DNA of 64,000 bases from Mytilus californianus. Its lineage: Eukaryota. Below are positions 1-13,660 of this stretch, piece by piece (within the stretch, counting starts at the first letter, position 1; each line of letters starts with the position of its first letter). Location of the stretch: the NCBI RefSeq assembly GCF_021869535.1, contig NW_026262676.1, forward strand, positions 1,798,001-1,862,000, read 5' to 3'. Both the position numbers and the translations under genes were made by a program. The notes beneath the pieces were generated by a model. The model made no database searches, was not told where the DNA came from, and was given only the letters and a program-made list of their open reading frames with translations.

Positions 1-591
1 AGCTCTCATAAATACTACAAACAAGTAAATAGTCTTAAACAGCTCATTAAAAAAACAAATTAATAGATATATGGAGGGAAATAAATCCAAACAAAATTCA
101 ATTTACATGGAGAAGGAAAAACAATACGAATATAACAAGTAGAATAGACTTCTTTTTGATCAGTCCAGACATAAGGCCACACGTAATCAATTCTGATATA
201 AGACCTGCTATGATATCACATACTGATCACCAAGCCATTTCGTTAAAAATAAGACAAAATCCCCATGGCAGAGGAAGAGGTTTCTTTAAAATAAATAATA
301 GTATTTTAATAGATGATAATTATAAAAACCATATAAACAACCTTATTTTAAAATATAAAGAAAAGGCACTTACCAGAGATTCTAGAGAGATTTGGGATAT
401 CTTCAAATCTGAAGTAAGGGACATAACTGTAATGTATTGTAAATACAAGTCATCTGAAAAGAAAAATAAAATAAAAGATTTAGAAATGAACTTACAAAGA
501 CTAAATAATAAAATTAATCCTTCAAAAGAAACTAAAGATGAAATAGAAAAAATTGAAAAAAATCTAGAAAATCTTTATAAAAATGAAGTTA
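1..591 (+). mobile_element. L1/Tx1-clade LINE ORF2, 5' segment (end of the APE endonuclease and linker)
   Basis: Translation reads ...SRIDFFLISPDI...TDHQAI...GRGRGFFKINNSIL..., typical APE C-terminal motifs. Reading continues in frame at 6044 once the insertion is removed (LYKNEV|KGAQVRSR). Confidence 0.9.
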
Positions 592-625
592 CAGCCCTTG
601 GATGGTGTAAACTTCCCAAAATAAC

Positions 626-770
626 GTGTATGGTGTAATGGTGTATGGCATATGGTGCAATGGTAGAAGGTGTATGGTGCTATGGTGTATGGTGTAAGGG
701 GAATGGTGTATGAGGAATGGTGTGATTGTGTAACGTGCGATCGGGAATGGTGTGAATGAATGGTGTACGA
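626..770 (+). repeat. Degenerate (ATGGTGT)n subterminal microsatellite, left
   Basis: Repeated atggtgt/atggtgta units directly inside the left TIR. Confidence 0.85.
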
Positions 771-1687
771 CATTTCATTGGTTGAAACCGAAGTTCATTT
801 TATTTTAATTTTTCGGATTGTAAACATGAACAATAATAATAATCCTATTGTTCTTTTTTCCCAGTAAAGCAAATTACTTTACTCGTTAGACTCTATGTCA
901 TATATATTTAATATACACATATTCTTATTTACATTAAACAATGGCTTTAAAATTACACACTTGTGATCACATGCAGTTATCATAAAAGAAAGGATTTTAT
1001 TTAAACTAGAAGGCGGATAGAAAGGTTATCCACGCATCGGAACAGTATTTTTATATCACGGGTTATCAACATCATTTTTAAAGTTGCTTCGTTCCCCACT
1101 TTTGACAGTCTCTTTATAAATATCTTATCGTCATTCACCTATGTTTGCCTTGGGTTTACGATTCTGTTTTCCAAAAAATGTTCAAAGGAAAATTGTACAG
1201 TGTTATTGCACATAAGGTGTTGTATAATTATGAACAATCTCGTCAATTTCGTTAGATTTGTCTTTACGGATTATAAATGATATCTTGAACGTCCGAAAAA
1301 ATATACTTATGTGAAACGGAATGAAATATTTGCCACTTGATATTTAGCCACCAACAATATCAATCAACCGACATAATATACTAACAGTATACTTTTCCTA
1401 GAAGAGAACTTCTCATACTTTTCATTATAAAGTACAAATGAAATCTGTCATGTCAGTCACACTGTTGGATGATGAGGTGGAATAGTTTTATTATACAAAC
1501 CATCCTGAACTACTGAGTTTAAATCATCACACCGCAGCAAGCACGACTAATTTATGCGCAGACCAACCCATCACACAATAGCCCAAAAGGAATCTGTGAT
1601 GTACCCGTCCATATTCAGAAGTCATGGAAGTGGGAAATACAGATACTGATACTGACTTTAGTGACAGTTTTATATAACGAATACAGA

Positions 1688-4600
1688 GATGAAATGCTGG
1701 CACTCTAAATTAAAGCGGACAAGATTTTGTTATCATTGTATTGCAATGTTGCTGTCATTTGTATTATACAATCCATCCTGACATCAAAATATTGCTGATT
1801 TACTATGCAGCTGCCGCTATATAGATTTACATAATAAAGTGCAAATATGGTCAGTTTTGTTTGATACTTTAAAATAGTTTTGTTATGAGAGTCAGCCTGA
1901 GGTATCAAAACTACTGAAATTTTCTTGCAAGACAATATTTTTAATAAAAAGAGGACATGCTGGCTATCTAGATTGATGGGGACAAATTTTTGTTGTCATT
2001 GTATTGCAATGTTGCTGTCATTTGTATTATACAATCCATCCTCACATCAAAATATTGCTGATTTACTTTGCAGCTATATGCTGATTTACTATGCGGCTAT
2101 ATAGATTTACATACATGACATAATAAAGTGCTAATATGATCAGTTTTGGCGGATGCTTTAAAATAATTTTGTTATACAAGTCAGCCTGAGGTATCAAAAC
2201 TACTAAAATTTTCATGCGAGACAATATTTTGAATAAAAAGAGGACATGCTGGCTATCTACATGTAGATTGATGGGGACAAATTTTTGTTGTCATTGTGTT
2301 GCAATGTTGCTGTCATTTAATTTGTATAATGCAATCCATTCTGACATCAAAATATTGTTGTTTACTATGCGGCTATATAGATTTACATAATTAAGTGCAA
2401 ATATGGTCAGTTTTGGTTGATTCGTTTAAATAATTTTGTTATAAGAGTCAGCCTGAGGTATCAAAACTACTGAAATTTTGTTGCGAGACAATATTTTGAA
2501 TAAAAAGAGGACATGCTGGCTATCTAGATTGATGGGAACAAATTGTTGTTGTCATTGTATTGCAATGTTGCTGTCATTTGTATTATACAATCCATCCTGA
2601 CATCAAAATATTGCTGATTTACTATGCGGCTATATAGATTTACATAATAAAATGCAAATATGGTCAGTTTTGGTTGATGCTGTAAAATAATTTTGTTATA
2701 CAAGTCAGCCTGAGGTATCAAAACTACTGAAATTTTCTTAAGAGACAATATTTTGAATAAAAAGAGGACATGCTGGCTATCTAGATTGATGGGGACAATT
2801 TTTTGTTGCCATTGTATTGCAATGTTGCTGTCATTTGTATTATACAATCCATCCTGACATCAAAATATTGCTGATTTACTATGTGGCTATATAGATATAC
2901 ATAATAATGTGCAAATATGGTCAGTTTTTGTTGATGCGTTTAAATAATTTTGTTATACTAGTCAGCCTTAGGTATTAAAATTACTGAAATTTTGTTGCGA
3001 GACAATATTTTGAATAAAAAGAGGACATGCTGGCAATCTAAATTGATGGGGATCATTTTTGTTGTCATTGTGTTGCAATGTTGCTGTCATTTGTATTATA
3101 CAATCCATTCTGACAATAAAATATAGCTGCTTTACTATGTGGCTATATAGATATACATAATATTAAAAGTGCAAATATGGTCAGTTTTGGTTGATGCTGT
3201 AAAATAATTTTGTTATACAAGTTAGCCTGAGGTATCAAAACTACTGAAATTTTCTTAAGAGACAATATTTTGAATAAAAAGAGGACATGCTAGCTATCTA
3301 GATTGATGGGGACAAATTTTTGTTGTCATTGTATTGCAATGTTGCTGTCATTTGTATTATACAATCCATCCTGACATCAAAATATTGCTGATTTACTATG
3401 CGGCTATATAGATTTACATAATAAAGTGCAAATATGGTCAGTTTTGGTTGATACTTTAAAATAGTTTTGTTATATGAGTCAGCCTGAGGTATCAAAACTA
3501 TTGAAATTTTCTAGTGACACAATATTTTGAATAAAAAGAGGACATGCTGGCAATCTAGATTGATGGGGACAAATTTTTGTTGTCATTGTGTTGCAATGTT
3601 GCTGTCATTTGTATAATGCAATCCATTCTGACAACATAATATTGCTGATTTACTATGCGGCTATATAGATTTACATAATAATAAAATGCAAATATGGTCA
3701 GTTTTGGTTGATTCGTTTAAATAATTTTGTTATACGAGTCAGCCTGAGGTATCAAAACTACTGAAATTTTGTTGCGTGACAATATTTTGAATAAAAAGAG
3801 GACATGCTGGCTATCTAGATTGATGGGAATAAATTGTTGTTGTCATTGTATTGCAATGTTGCTGTCATTTGTATTATACAATCCATCCTGACATCAAAAT
3901 ATTGCTGATTTACTATGTGGCTATATAGATATACATAATAATGTGCAAATATGGTCAGTTTTTGTTGATGCGTTTAAATAATTTTGTTATACTAGTCAGC
4001 CTTAGGTATCAAAATTACGGAAATTTTGTTGCGAGACAATATTTTGAATAAAAAGAGGACATGCTGGCAATCTTAATTGATGGGGATAATTTTTGTTGTC
4101 ATTGTGTTGCAATGTTGCTGTCATTTGTATAATGCAACCCATTCTGACAATAAAATATAGCTGCTTTACTATGTGGCTATATAGATATACATAATATTAA
4201 AAGTGCAAATATGGTCAGTATTGGTTGATGCTTTAAAATAATTTTGTTATACAAGTCAGCCTGAAGTATCAAAACTACTGAAATTTTCTTACGAGACAAT
4301 ATTTTGAATGAAAAGAGGACATGCTGGCTATCTAGATTGATGGGGACAAATTTTTGTTGCCATTGTATTGCAATGTTGCTGTCATTTGTATTATACAATC
4401 CATCCTGACATCAAAATATTGCTGATTTACTATGCGGCTATATAGATATACATAATAAAGTGCAAATATGGTCAGTTTTTGTTGATGCGTTTAAATAATT
4501 TTGTTATACTAGTCAGCCTTAGGTATCAAAATTACTGAAAAATTGTTGCGAGACCATATTTTAATTAAAAAGAGGACATGCTGGCTATCTTAATTGATGG

Positions 4601-5520
4601 GTATATTTTTTGTCGTCATTGTGTTGCAATGTTGCTGTCATTTGTATTATACAATCCATTCTGACATCAAAATATTGCTGATTTACTATGCGGCTATATA
4701 GATTTACATGATAAAGTGCAAATATGGTCAGTTTTGGTTGATGCTTTAAAATAATTTTGTTATACGAGTCAGCCTGAGGTATCAAAACTACTGAAATTTT
4801 CTTGCGAGACAATATTTTGAATAAAAGAGGTCATGCTGGCTATCTAGATTGATCAGGACAAATTTTTGTTGTCATTGTATGGCACTGTTGCTGTCATTTG
4901 TGTTATACAATCCATCCTGACAACAAGATATTGCTGATTTACTATGTGGCTTTATAGATATACATAATAAAGTGCAAATATGGTCAGTTTTTGTTGATGC
5001 GTTAAAATAATTTTGTTATACGAGTCAACCTGAGGTATCAAAACTACTGAAATTTTGTTGCGAGACAATATATTGAATTAAAAAGAGGACATGCTGGCAA
5101 TCTAGATTGATGGGGACAAATTTTTGTCATTGTACATGTTGTTTTGCAATGTTGCTGTCATTTGTATTATACAATCCACCCTGACATCAAAATATTGCTG
5201 ATTTACTATGCGGCTATATAGATCTATATAATAAAGTGAAAATATTATGGTCAGTTTTGGTTGATGAGTTAAATAATTTTGTTATATGAGTCAGCCTGAG
5301 GTATCAAAATTACTGAAATTTTGTAACGAGACAATATTTTTAATAAAAGGAGGGCAAAAATATTTCCAAATTTTTTAACCCTATATAAATTAACAGATTG
5401 ACACACTCCCCATTTCCATTCTCAATTTTATAATTATAAGTGCAAATATGGTCAGTTTTGGTTGATGCTTAAAATAATTTTGTTGTACATGTTGTACATG
5501 TACCAGTCATCCTGAAGTAT
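1688..5520. repeat. Tandem satellite, ~257-260 bp unit, ~14 copies plus a partial copy
   Basis: Anchor GAGGACATGC recurs at about 1951, 2240, 2507, 2764, 3021, 3281, 3538, 3798, 4055, 4315, 4572, 4827 (variant) and 5085. Confidence 0.95.
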
Positions 5521-5886
5521 TCATTTTTGGCATTGTTTGTCGATTTTATCTGAAAACCAAGTTTATAAGATTTACGATACATGTTAACACCGATAATAAT
5601 AGCATTGTAACCAATATCGTTTTTAATTTATAGATAGGCAGATCGCGGATAAATTTGCATTACAAGCAAAGTTTTATGCGTACTTTATTTACAAATACAT
5701 GTATATATATTTAATCTGTATTGTTTATATAACCATCATAGGCATGACCACGGAGATTTTAATTTTATACACTAATTTACAATATTGTGATCAAAATTCG
5801 TTTTTTAAATCAAATAAATAATTTTGTAGTCGTACGCTTTCTTTGAAATTTAATTGCATTATGGGTAATTTCGGATTGTGTAGATA

Positions 5887-6012
5887 GAATGGGGAATGGT
5901 GTATGGTGTAATGTGTAAGGTGTATGGTGCAAAGGTGTAACGTGTATGGTGTAATGGCACAAGGTGTATGGTGTAATGGTGTATGGTGAATGGTGTAATG
6001 GTGTATGGTGTG
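5887..6012 (+). repeat. Degenerate (ATGGTGT)n subterminal microsatellite, right
   Basis: Same units as 626-770, in the same (direct) orientation. Confidence 0.85.
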
Positions 6013-6043
6013 AGTGGGAAGTTTACACCATCCAAGGACTGTA

Positions 6044-8760
6044 AAGGTGCACAAGTAAGATCCAGAGTCAAATGGTTAGAAGAAGGGGAAAAAAACACAA
6101 AATTCTTTTTAGGTTTAGAAAAATCAAGACAAACAAAAAAAAATATTTCGGCATTTAAAGATAAGCAAGACAAAATCATAACAGAGCCATCAGAAATCTT
6201 AAATTTATAAAAATGTTACTATGAAAATTTATATAATAGTACAAATCCAGATGTTAATAATATTCAGCAATATGTTGAAGAAACAAAAATAGATCATAAA
6301 TTAACTGATAACGAGAAAAGCTCTCTAGGCGGCAACATCTCAACAGAAGAATGCACAGAAGCCATTTTTAATATGAAGCTAAACAAATCACCAGGTATAG
6401 ATGGTCTAAGTGTTGAATTCTATCGCGCATTCTGGGATAGTATAAAAGAACTAGCTGTAGAAGTTTTCAATAAGTGTTATGAGAAAGAAGAATTAACAAC
6501 ATTACTAGGAATAGTATCTTTATTGTACAAAAAAAAGGACCCACTATCCCTAGACAATTATAGACCTATAACTTTACTAAATGTAGACACCAAATTAATA
6601 GCCTATACTTTAGCCCAACAATTAAAACCTGTTTTATCGAAAATAATAAATAGTGATCAGAATGGATATGTAAAAAATAGGTACATTGGTTTCAATATCC
6701 GACAAATTCAAGATATCATAGATTACTCTGAAACTTTTAATATAGATGGTGCTTTATTATTTATAGATTTTTCAAAAGCTTTTGATTCGTTAGAATGGTC
6801 ATTTATGTATGAAGCTCTTTTAAAATTTGGTCTCCTGCATTCCTTTATTTAAATGGGTAAAAACTTTATATAATGGTGTCAAAGGTTGTATGCTCAATAA
6901 TGGGTGGATTTCTGAAACCTATAGCATCTTTCGTGGTATTTGACAAGGGTGTCCCTTGAGTTCGATTTTTTTTGTTATAGCTGTAGAGATTCTGGCATGT
7001 AGAATAAGACAAGATACAGGTATTAAAGGATTTCAAATGAAACTTGATTCTAAAACACATAGTCTTAAAATCTCACAACTTGCAGATGGTACTACACTTT
7101 TTCTTAAATCAAAACAAGAAATAAGCCTGGCATTAAATTTAATTGAAGAATTTGGAACTCTTTCTGAGAAAGTCTTAAACTTAATAAATCAAAAACTGAA
7201 GGAATATGGCTAGGTAAATTAAAACATTCTAAAGATAAATATGAAAACATTAGTTGGAATAAAAGCCCCATTAAAAGTTTAGGTGTATATTTAGGAACTT
7301 ATTAAGTTGAATGCAATAAATTAAACACAGAAAATATTTCGAGGAAGTCAGAAAAAGCAATTTCAAATTGGAAGAAAATAAAGCTTACAATGATTGGGCG
7401 AAAAACAGTAATAAAAACATTAATTATACCAAACATAACCTTTTTAGCATCAGTAACCAATTTATCGAGAGACTTTCTAACACAATTTAAAAAACTAATA
7501 TTTAACTATATATGGCAAAACAAAAATGAGAATAGAGATCTACTATATGTAATGATTATCAGGAAGGAGGTTTAAAAGTGATTGATATAGATAGTTATAT
7601 AACATCAATTCATATTTCTTGGGTTAAAAGGTTAACAACAGAAGAATTTTCAAATTGGAAGGTTATACCTTTATATTACTTTAACAAATTTGGAGCTAAC
7701 TTCGCTCTATTTAACATGAACCCTGAAAATATATATGACATACCAAATTTAAAAAAATCTATGCCAGAATTTTATTTAGAAATATTAAAAAGTTGGTATA
7801 AAGTACATAATAGTTCCAAGATAAGCAAGGGGTTAAATTTCAAAAGTGTAAGACAGCAATTCATTTGGGGTAATCAATTGATTAAATTAAATGGTAAAAG
7901 TCTTGTTTTTCCAAACTGGATAGAAAGTGACATTTTTTTTATTAATGATATCATAGATAAACAATGTAATATCTCCCAAAAAGTAATCTTAAATAAATTG
8001 AAAGAAAAATCAAACTGGATAGCAGAACTTTCTAAACTAAAATCTGCAATCAAAAAGGAATGGAAAATCATGTTAAAATCAAATCAATCAATTTCAACTA
8101 AAGTTCAAATAGACAGAAATCTTAACTTAGAAGCAATAAACAAAGCCAAATCAATTTGCATTAAAAAATTAAAAGCTAAAGATATATATAATTATATCAA
8201 AGGTATAGAAAGTGACACACCTATTGGCTTCATAAAATGGAAATAAATATTCAATCTAAATTCTTCAAATCATACACATGATATATTAAACTTTACATTT
8301 CACCAGTTACATGATAACAAACTAAAAATGTTTAGGTGGAAATAGATCAATTATATATTACCATGTAAGCAACTGCTTTATCAATGGAAAATAATGAAGG
8401 ATAATCAATGTCATATATGTCACCAAGTAGAAAATTATGATAATTTTTTTAAAAAGTGTGAATTTTTACAAGAATTTTGGATTAAAGTTGGGTTACTACT
8501 TGATAAAATAAAAATAGGTACACATATTTTATCAATACTAACTTAATACTTGGATACAAAATTCATGACAGTTCATATTTTGATATTAATGTGTTGTTAA
8601 CAATTGTTGTATTTGCTGTTTACAAAAGTAATTATTCATCAGAGTTAAAACACAAGTACATAGATGTATATAGTGTTTTTAAATTAGAATTCTTAGAATG
8701 GTATGAAAATAGTATACTCTTAGAAAGAAGATGTAAATTTTTTGAAAGATACATTTAAAT
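6044..8760 (+). mobile_element. L1/Tx1-clade LINE ORF2, 3' segment (RT and C-terminal Cys-rich region), degenerate
   Basis: KSPGIDGLSVEFY, NYRPITLLNVDTK, IDFSKAFDSLEW, RQGCPLS, ISQLADG (degenerate YADD) and C-x2-C near 8410. Several stops and frameshifts. Confidence 0.92.
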
Positions 8761-9577
8761 ATATCTAATTAACCGCAATGTAATTCAATAAGAGAGGTGT
8801 GAAAGTACTCATGGTTGAGTAGTTGTGTGACAGGGAGTGTGAGTGTGCAAGTTTTGTGACCATGTTTTTGTGTAAGTATATGTGTGTGTCTCTGTTTATG
8901 TGAAAGTTAAGACATTATACTCGTAGAGCAACACTATGTGTCTCATTTATGTTTTATGTATACTGTTTCTCTGTTTACACGAAACGATTGGCAATACTTT
9001 ATACAAAGTATCAACAAAAACTCATTCTTTATCCATGTTTTTGATCATGTAAACTTACCATCAGAATGTCATCAATGATTGATATATACTCATAATGCTT
9101 CAAGTTTTCAGTATTCTGTAGCTTGTACAAGTTATCGTTAAAGAAAACAAAACAGTTATTTCGTTAAATTTAAAACTTACCAAATTAAGTTAAGAATATT
9201 CCAACACACAAGAATGAATAAAATACACGTGTTCGAGATACATAATAAACATCTATACCACGTGATATACAATTAAAATAAGTAGAAAAACGTAAACAGA
9301 GAGAACGTATGTTTTCCGGATTTGTGGCTATGCAGATTTTGTAAACTATATCGATTGTAATATTCTATTAACCACTTTTGAAACTTATAATAAGTTTATC
9401 TTGTGAATCCCCTGGTTCATTTGATAACTCACACACAGGGATAAACCTATTGGGATAGTTGTACCTTTTAGGGTATTTGTTAACAACCAATTGTGCAATA
9501 AACTGAATAATTACTAAAAAAAAAAAAACCAGGTTTAATCTACCATTTTCTACATAAGGAAATACTTGTACCAAATC

Positions 9578-9637
9578 GTCCTGAACATGCATGAAATATT
9601 TGCCACTGGACGTTAAGCAACCAACAATCAATCAATC
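9578..9637 (+). mobile_element. SINE 3' tail fragment with 13 bp TSD
   Basis: GTCCTGAACATGCATGAAATATTTGCCACTGGACGTTAAGCAACCAA(CAAT)n flanked by CTTGTACCAAATC at 9565-9577 and 9642-9654. Confidence 0.85.
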
Positions 9638-12073
9638 AAAGCTTGTACCAAATCAAGAATATGACAGTTGTTATCAATTCGTTTGGTGTGTTTGAGATTA
9701 AGATTTTTTCATTTGCTTAAGGACTGTCCGATCTCAATTTTACTTATATATTTCATCTGTAATAAGCTACATGTACCAAATCTCCGTCCTCTACCTCGCT
9801 ATGCATGCTGCTGACTATATAGAAATACAGAATTGGTAGCCTGATCATTTTTTTCACATAATAATTTTAAGACTTCGAAGACCAATTCTGATTCATATGT
9901 ATTACACTTTTAATAACCGGAGACATTTATTTCATTACAAACATGATTGAATTGTTTAGAAATAAAATCGGTTACGGATATCAATTTTTCCAGTTACGTA
10001 TTTCATTGACAATTTATTTACTTCAGGTACCCATATCATCACGATATTTTAGATGGCTGTTTTCTCCCTTTAGCGTTTGAATTATGAAAAAAACTCTTTC
10101 TATTTCAGTTTCAAATTTAGTTATACGTTAAAAAAGACACGAAATACTAAAGAATAATACATTGTCATTACAAAATTGACAAAAGAAAATTTAATATTGA
10201 CCAGAAACATCGTCCGCCATCTTTGGATATGCGTAACTGCAGTTACGGAGATCACATTTACCGCAGTGAAAGTCATTCAAAAAATAATTCACAAATGGCG
10301 ACCTTGATTGACATGGTAATATATCCTGGGGCATATGACAAGTCTTCTTAACAAATGTTCCGAACGTATTCAAATTCCATAGGTGGAATGCCCAAATAAG
10401 GTGAATATGGGCGTTAACAATCATAAGATACACCCTGATTAAAAGCAACGTGAAGTGGAAATTTTATAGAAAAAATAAATTTTAAATTATAAACGGTAAA
10501 TCGTCGAGCATACAAGACAAGAACAGACAGATCCGGTATAAATGATTATGAGGATTACGATTTTTCTTTATCCTGAAGTTGTAATGTCATTCCTTAAAAC
10601 AAACTAAGAGGACTAGTATAAAAAATTGTAAAATCTAGTACTGTCTTAACGACATACGACAAGTCTGAAATAAGCCGCTTGGAAAGACAACATTGAAATA
10701 AGTAATTGCTAAGAATGGCAAAATTTACGACGAGATGTTTATTGTTGTACAGGAAACATATCGGTCTTTTGATGTTGTCCCATCAACATAAAATTTTATA
10801 AATTACAATGAATCTATAAAGTTTGCTTTGAGATCAGAATATTGTCGTAAAAATAGCTAAAAATAATGCGTTACAGAGTAAGAAAGAATCGGGGAAACGC
10901 TAAGAATGCACGATTTTGCGTCATTTTTTCAGACCTTCAGCGGCTCTCAGACCCCTCGCCGAAAATTCGTCGAAGATTTCAATAATTAAAAAAGAATGTT
11001 TTTTTTTACTTGAGCATGTTATGTTATGGTTATTATTTTTATTTATTTATCATCATTTGTTTTTATTTAGAAAAATGTGGTATGAAAAAAGGTGCCATAT
11101 AAAGCTATGTCTTTGATTCAAATAAATTTCTGTGTGAGTGGTTTGCCACAGGGAATAACATTTAAAGAACCAGGCAGCTACTCAACTTTTGTAATGGAAA
11201 ATATAAGCAAAAAAGACCATTATATACATGTTGCAAAAATGTAATTTGTTTGTTGTTTTTTTCTCGAAAAGATGGCTTGCAAACATAAATTGAATGACAA
11301 AATACAGGCCAAATTGGAATTTTCTTATTAACTATACAAGTCATTCGAGAAATATTTTGAGAGATTATACTTCTATAACGTTAAATTCTTTCATAAACTG
11401 CTTTTGCTTTTATTTTGTGTAATTTAATCCTAACCAGGATATATCATATACCATATCCATAGCTGAAAATATTCCTTAAATGACTTGCATAGTTAGATAA
11501 AGCTTCCAGGCATTTAACACTGCATGGTTTCATAGTTTGCCACCCTCCAAACAAAATATCATCGCAACAGAGAAATATAGCTCCCATGGCCCCTTGAAAA
11601 CTTTATGCAGGAACAGGCAGTTCTATAAGCCAAGTGATTCTATGGTTTCTGTGATAGACAACTTAGTTCCTGCTGGAACAGAAAGGGGAAAGTTGTGGTT
11701 CCCAGCAGAAGGTCCAAGAGGAAAAGGTGGAGGAGGTTGTTTCACAACAACCGACAAAAACAGTTGCTCCGCAACAGGAGAATGAAGTGGTTGTCTCGAC
11801 ATTATTCTATTAGTTGCAAATAAAAACGTGATGCAATGGAGACACAAGTTGAACTACAAGTCATAGACAAAGAATTCAACACAGAATCAAATTAAATTCA
11901 AAGCAATCATGGATCCTCAATATATAGAAATTATATCTCAATAATTAAACTTCTGAATATTGACACAGAAAAGATGAATTAAATTGAACATAAATTATTT
12001 GTTTACAAAATATAAAAAAAAAATGTTTTATTTTTTATATGTTACAGATACAAAAACATATATATATTTTCAG

Positions 12074-12239
12074 TACAAAATTAAAAATGGAAATTTACAA
12101 TACCAAGTCTGGAAAGAGCAGATTCAGGGAAATAAGAATCCCAAGTCTCGAGAGATCTGATGAAGGGAAATTCACCCGTGTAATAGAGAAAGCACATGGT
12201 AAATTGAATTTTACCTTCAAATTTGAGGTGCTACGATGT
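12074..12239 (+). pseudogene. Degenerate Ig I-set (FGFR D2-like) exon remnant
   Basis: Frames give YKIK-WKFTIPSLERADSGK* followed by IRIPSLERSDEGKFT(C>R)VIEKAHGKLNFTFKFEVLR, ending at a phase-1 donor T|GTAAGG. Confidence 0.45.
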
Positions 12240-13489
12240 AAGGATGTGAAATTTGAATGAATACATTTTAATCAGAAGTAAAATAGCAGTATTTTCTGGA
12301 ATCTAGGTAATCCTATTTTTTTTTTAATTGATGTTTGACACTTGATTACTACTGATGTTGATGTTGTCAATTAAATAACACATTCCATCAATGTTGTACT
12401 AGTATTTAATTACTGCTTGGTTTTGGTTATTATTTATTTATTTATGAATGGAATGCACATTTATACCCTTAGGGGTTTCAGGCATATAAACAATACAATA
12501 CAAATATGTACACAATGATCTGGAAGCATCATCTTGACCAGTTTATATAGTAGTGATCCTAGTAGAATAGTCAACTTGTTAAATCGGTGTTGGTGGGATT
12601 GGACCAAAGGTTATCTTTTTTGGGTCATATGCTATTATCCCAGGTACCTAATCCTCTCTATTTCCAAATTGTTGTAATTGTGTATCATTAATTCCGTAAA
12701 GGCGTTCAGAAATCGCGATTGTTGCCGTATTTCAGGCAATAACCACGCCTCTGATAAACTTCATCGGCTATTTTACCGCCACTGCGAAACTGGACCTTTC
12801 AATAATAATTAAGCTCGTCAAATTCTAAGATTTTAAGATTTGGTAGAATCGACCTTACCATGCACGACCACATGTATATGAAAATAATTTTGTTGTCATC
12901 GGTACATTCAAATTAACGACTTTCGATAAATAAAATACCATATAGATACCAGGGACACTTTATGTACCAGGGCTTACAGGCTCCAAAACCTAAAGGGTCC
13001 CAATTCACCATGTAAAACTCTGCTTCCTTTTTTGTCCCTCCGTTTTCTCATCTTGGGAAACAGCTTTTGCCTTTTCCCTCTTTCTCTTTCTATTCAAACG
13101 TTCCCGTTGTTGAGATGTAAATTTACCCGGTGATAAGCTTTGAGGTTTTTTACCTGTTGTAACATAACAACATAATAGATAAAAGATAATTTATGAATGA
13201 AGCCAAGTTACTGAGTCACATAAATCTAATAAGTACCACAGAGCAGAGCGAGTCGAAACAAGTTGTTGGAATATTTTATTTCAAAAAATTCATATGAATC
13301 GTGAGAAACATGTGATTTAATATATATTATATATATCTTTACTTGAACTACATTGTTATCTATTATCAACCAGAAATTCAATTTTTTGGGGTATGACATA
13401 AGTGTATTGTATAATGTACCGAGACTGATAGACAATTTTGAGTAATAATCAACATTTATTTATTTTTGTTCTTATTTCATATTGAACAA

Positions 13490-13660
13490 GATTTGGACTG
13501 CCACTGAATAAAGGGTATATTGGATATGACCACAAAATTTGCCTTGCAACAGGCCACCTATGGACCCCTCAAAGAGTTGTTGCAAGGGTTCTTAACGTGC
13601 AAAGAGCGTGATACTCTCTGGCATCGGATTTAACGTCCCCATTCTGACAGGACGTGACCA
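13490..13660 (-). mobile_element. SINE internal fragment
   Basis: Reverse-strand match to the body of other copies (GGACCCCTCAAAGAGTTGTTGCAAGGGTTCTTAACGTGC). Confidence 0.85.

Larger units (their letters stand above)
592..6041. mobile_element. Non-autonomous TIR DNA transposon (TA TSD, CAG termini; Tc1/mariner-like) carrying a satellite array
   Basis: 26 bp TIRs: CAGCCCTTGGATGGTGTAAACTTCCC (592-617) and GGGAAGTTTACACCATCCAAGGACTG (6016-6041), one mismatch. TA at 590-591 and 6042-6043. Removing it restores the LINE frame GAA GTT AAA GGT GCA. Confidence 0.9.

Noticed and set aside
1688-5520. Regular repeat array as a CRISPR array, and its repeated short ORFs as genes
   Set aside because: Whole ~258 bp units are repeated with no unique spacers and no cas genes; the ORFs are by-products of the repeat.
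11670-11810. E/Q/V-rich open frame (FLLEQKGESCGSQQKVQEEK...) as an exon
   Set aside because: Weak splice signals and no recognisable domain.
12156-12175. CTGATGA...GAAA as a hammerhead (also 54675-54690 on the minus strand)
   Set aside because: Only 3 nt between the core halves and no stem I or III pairing.
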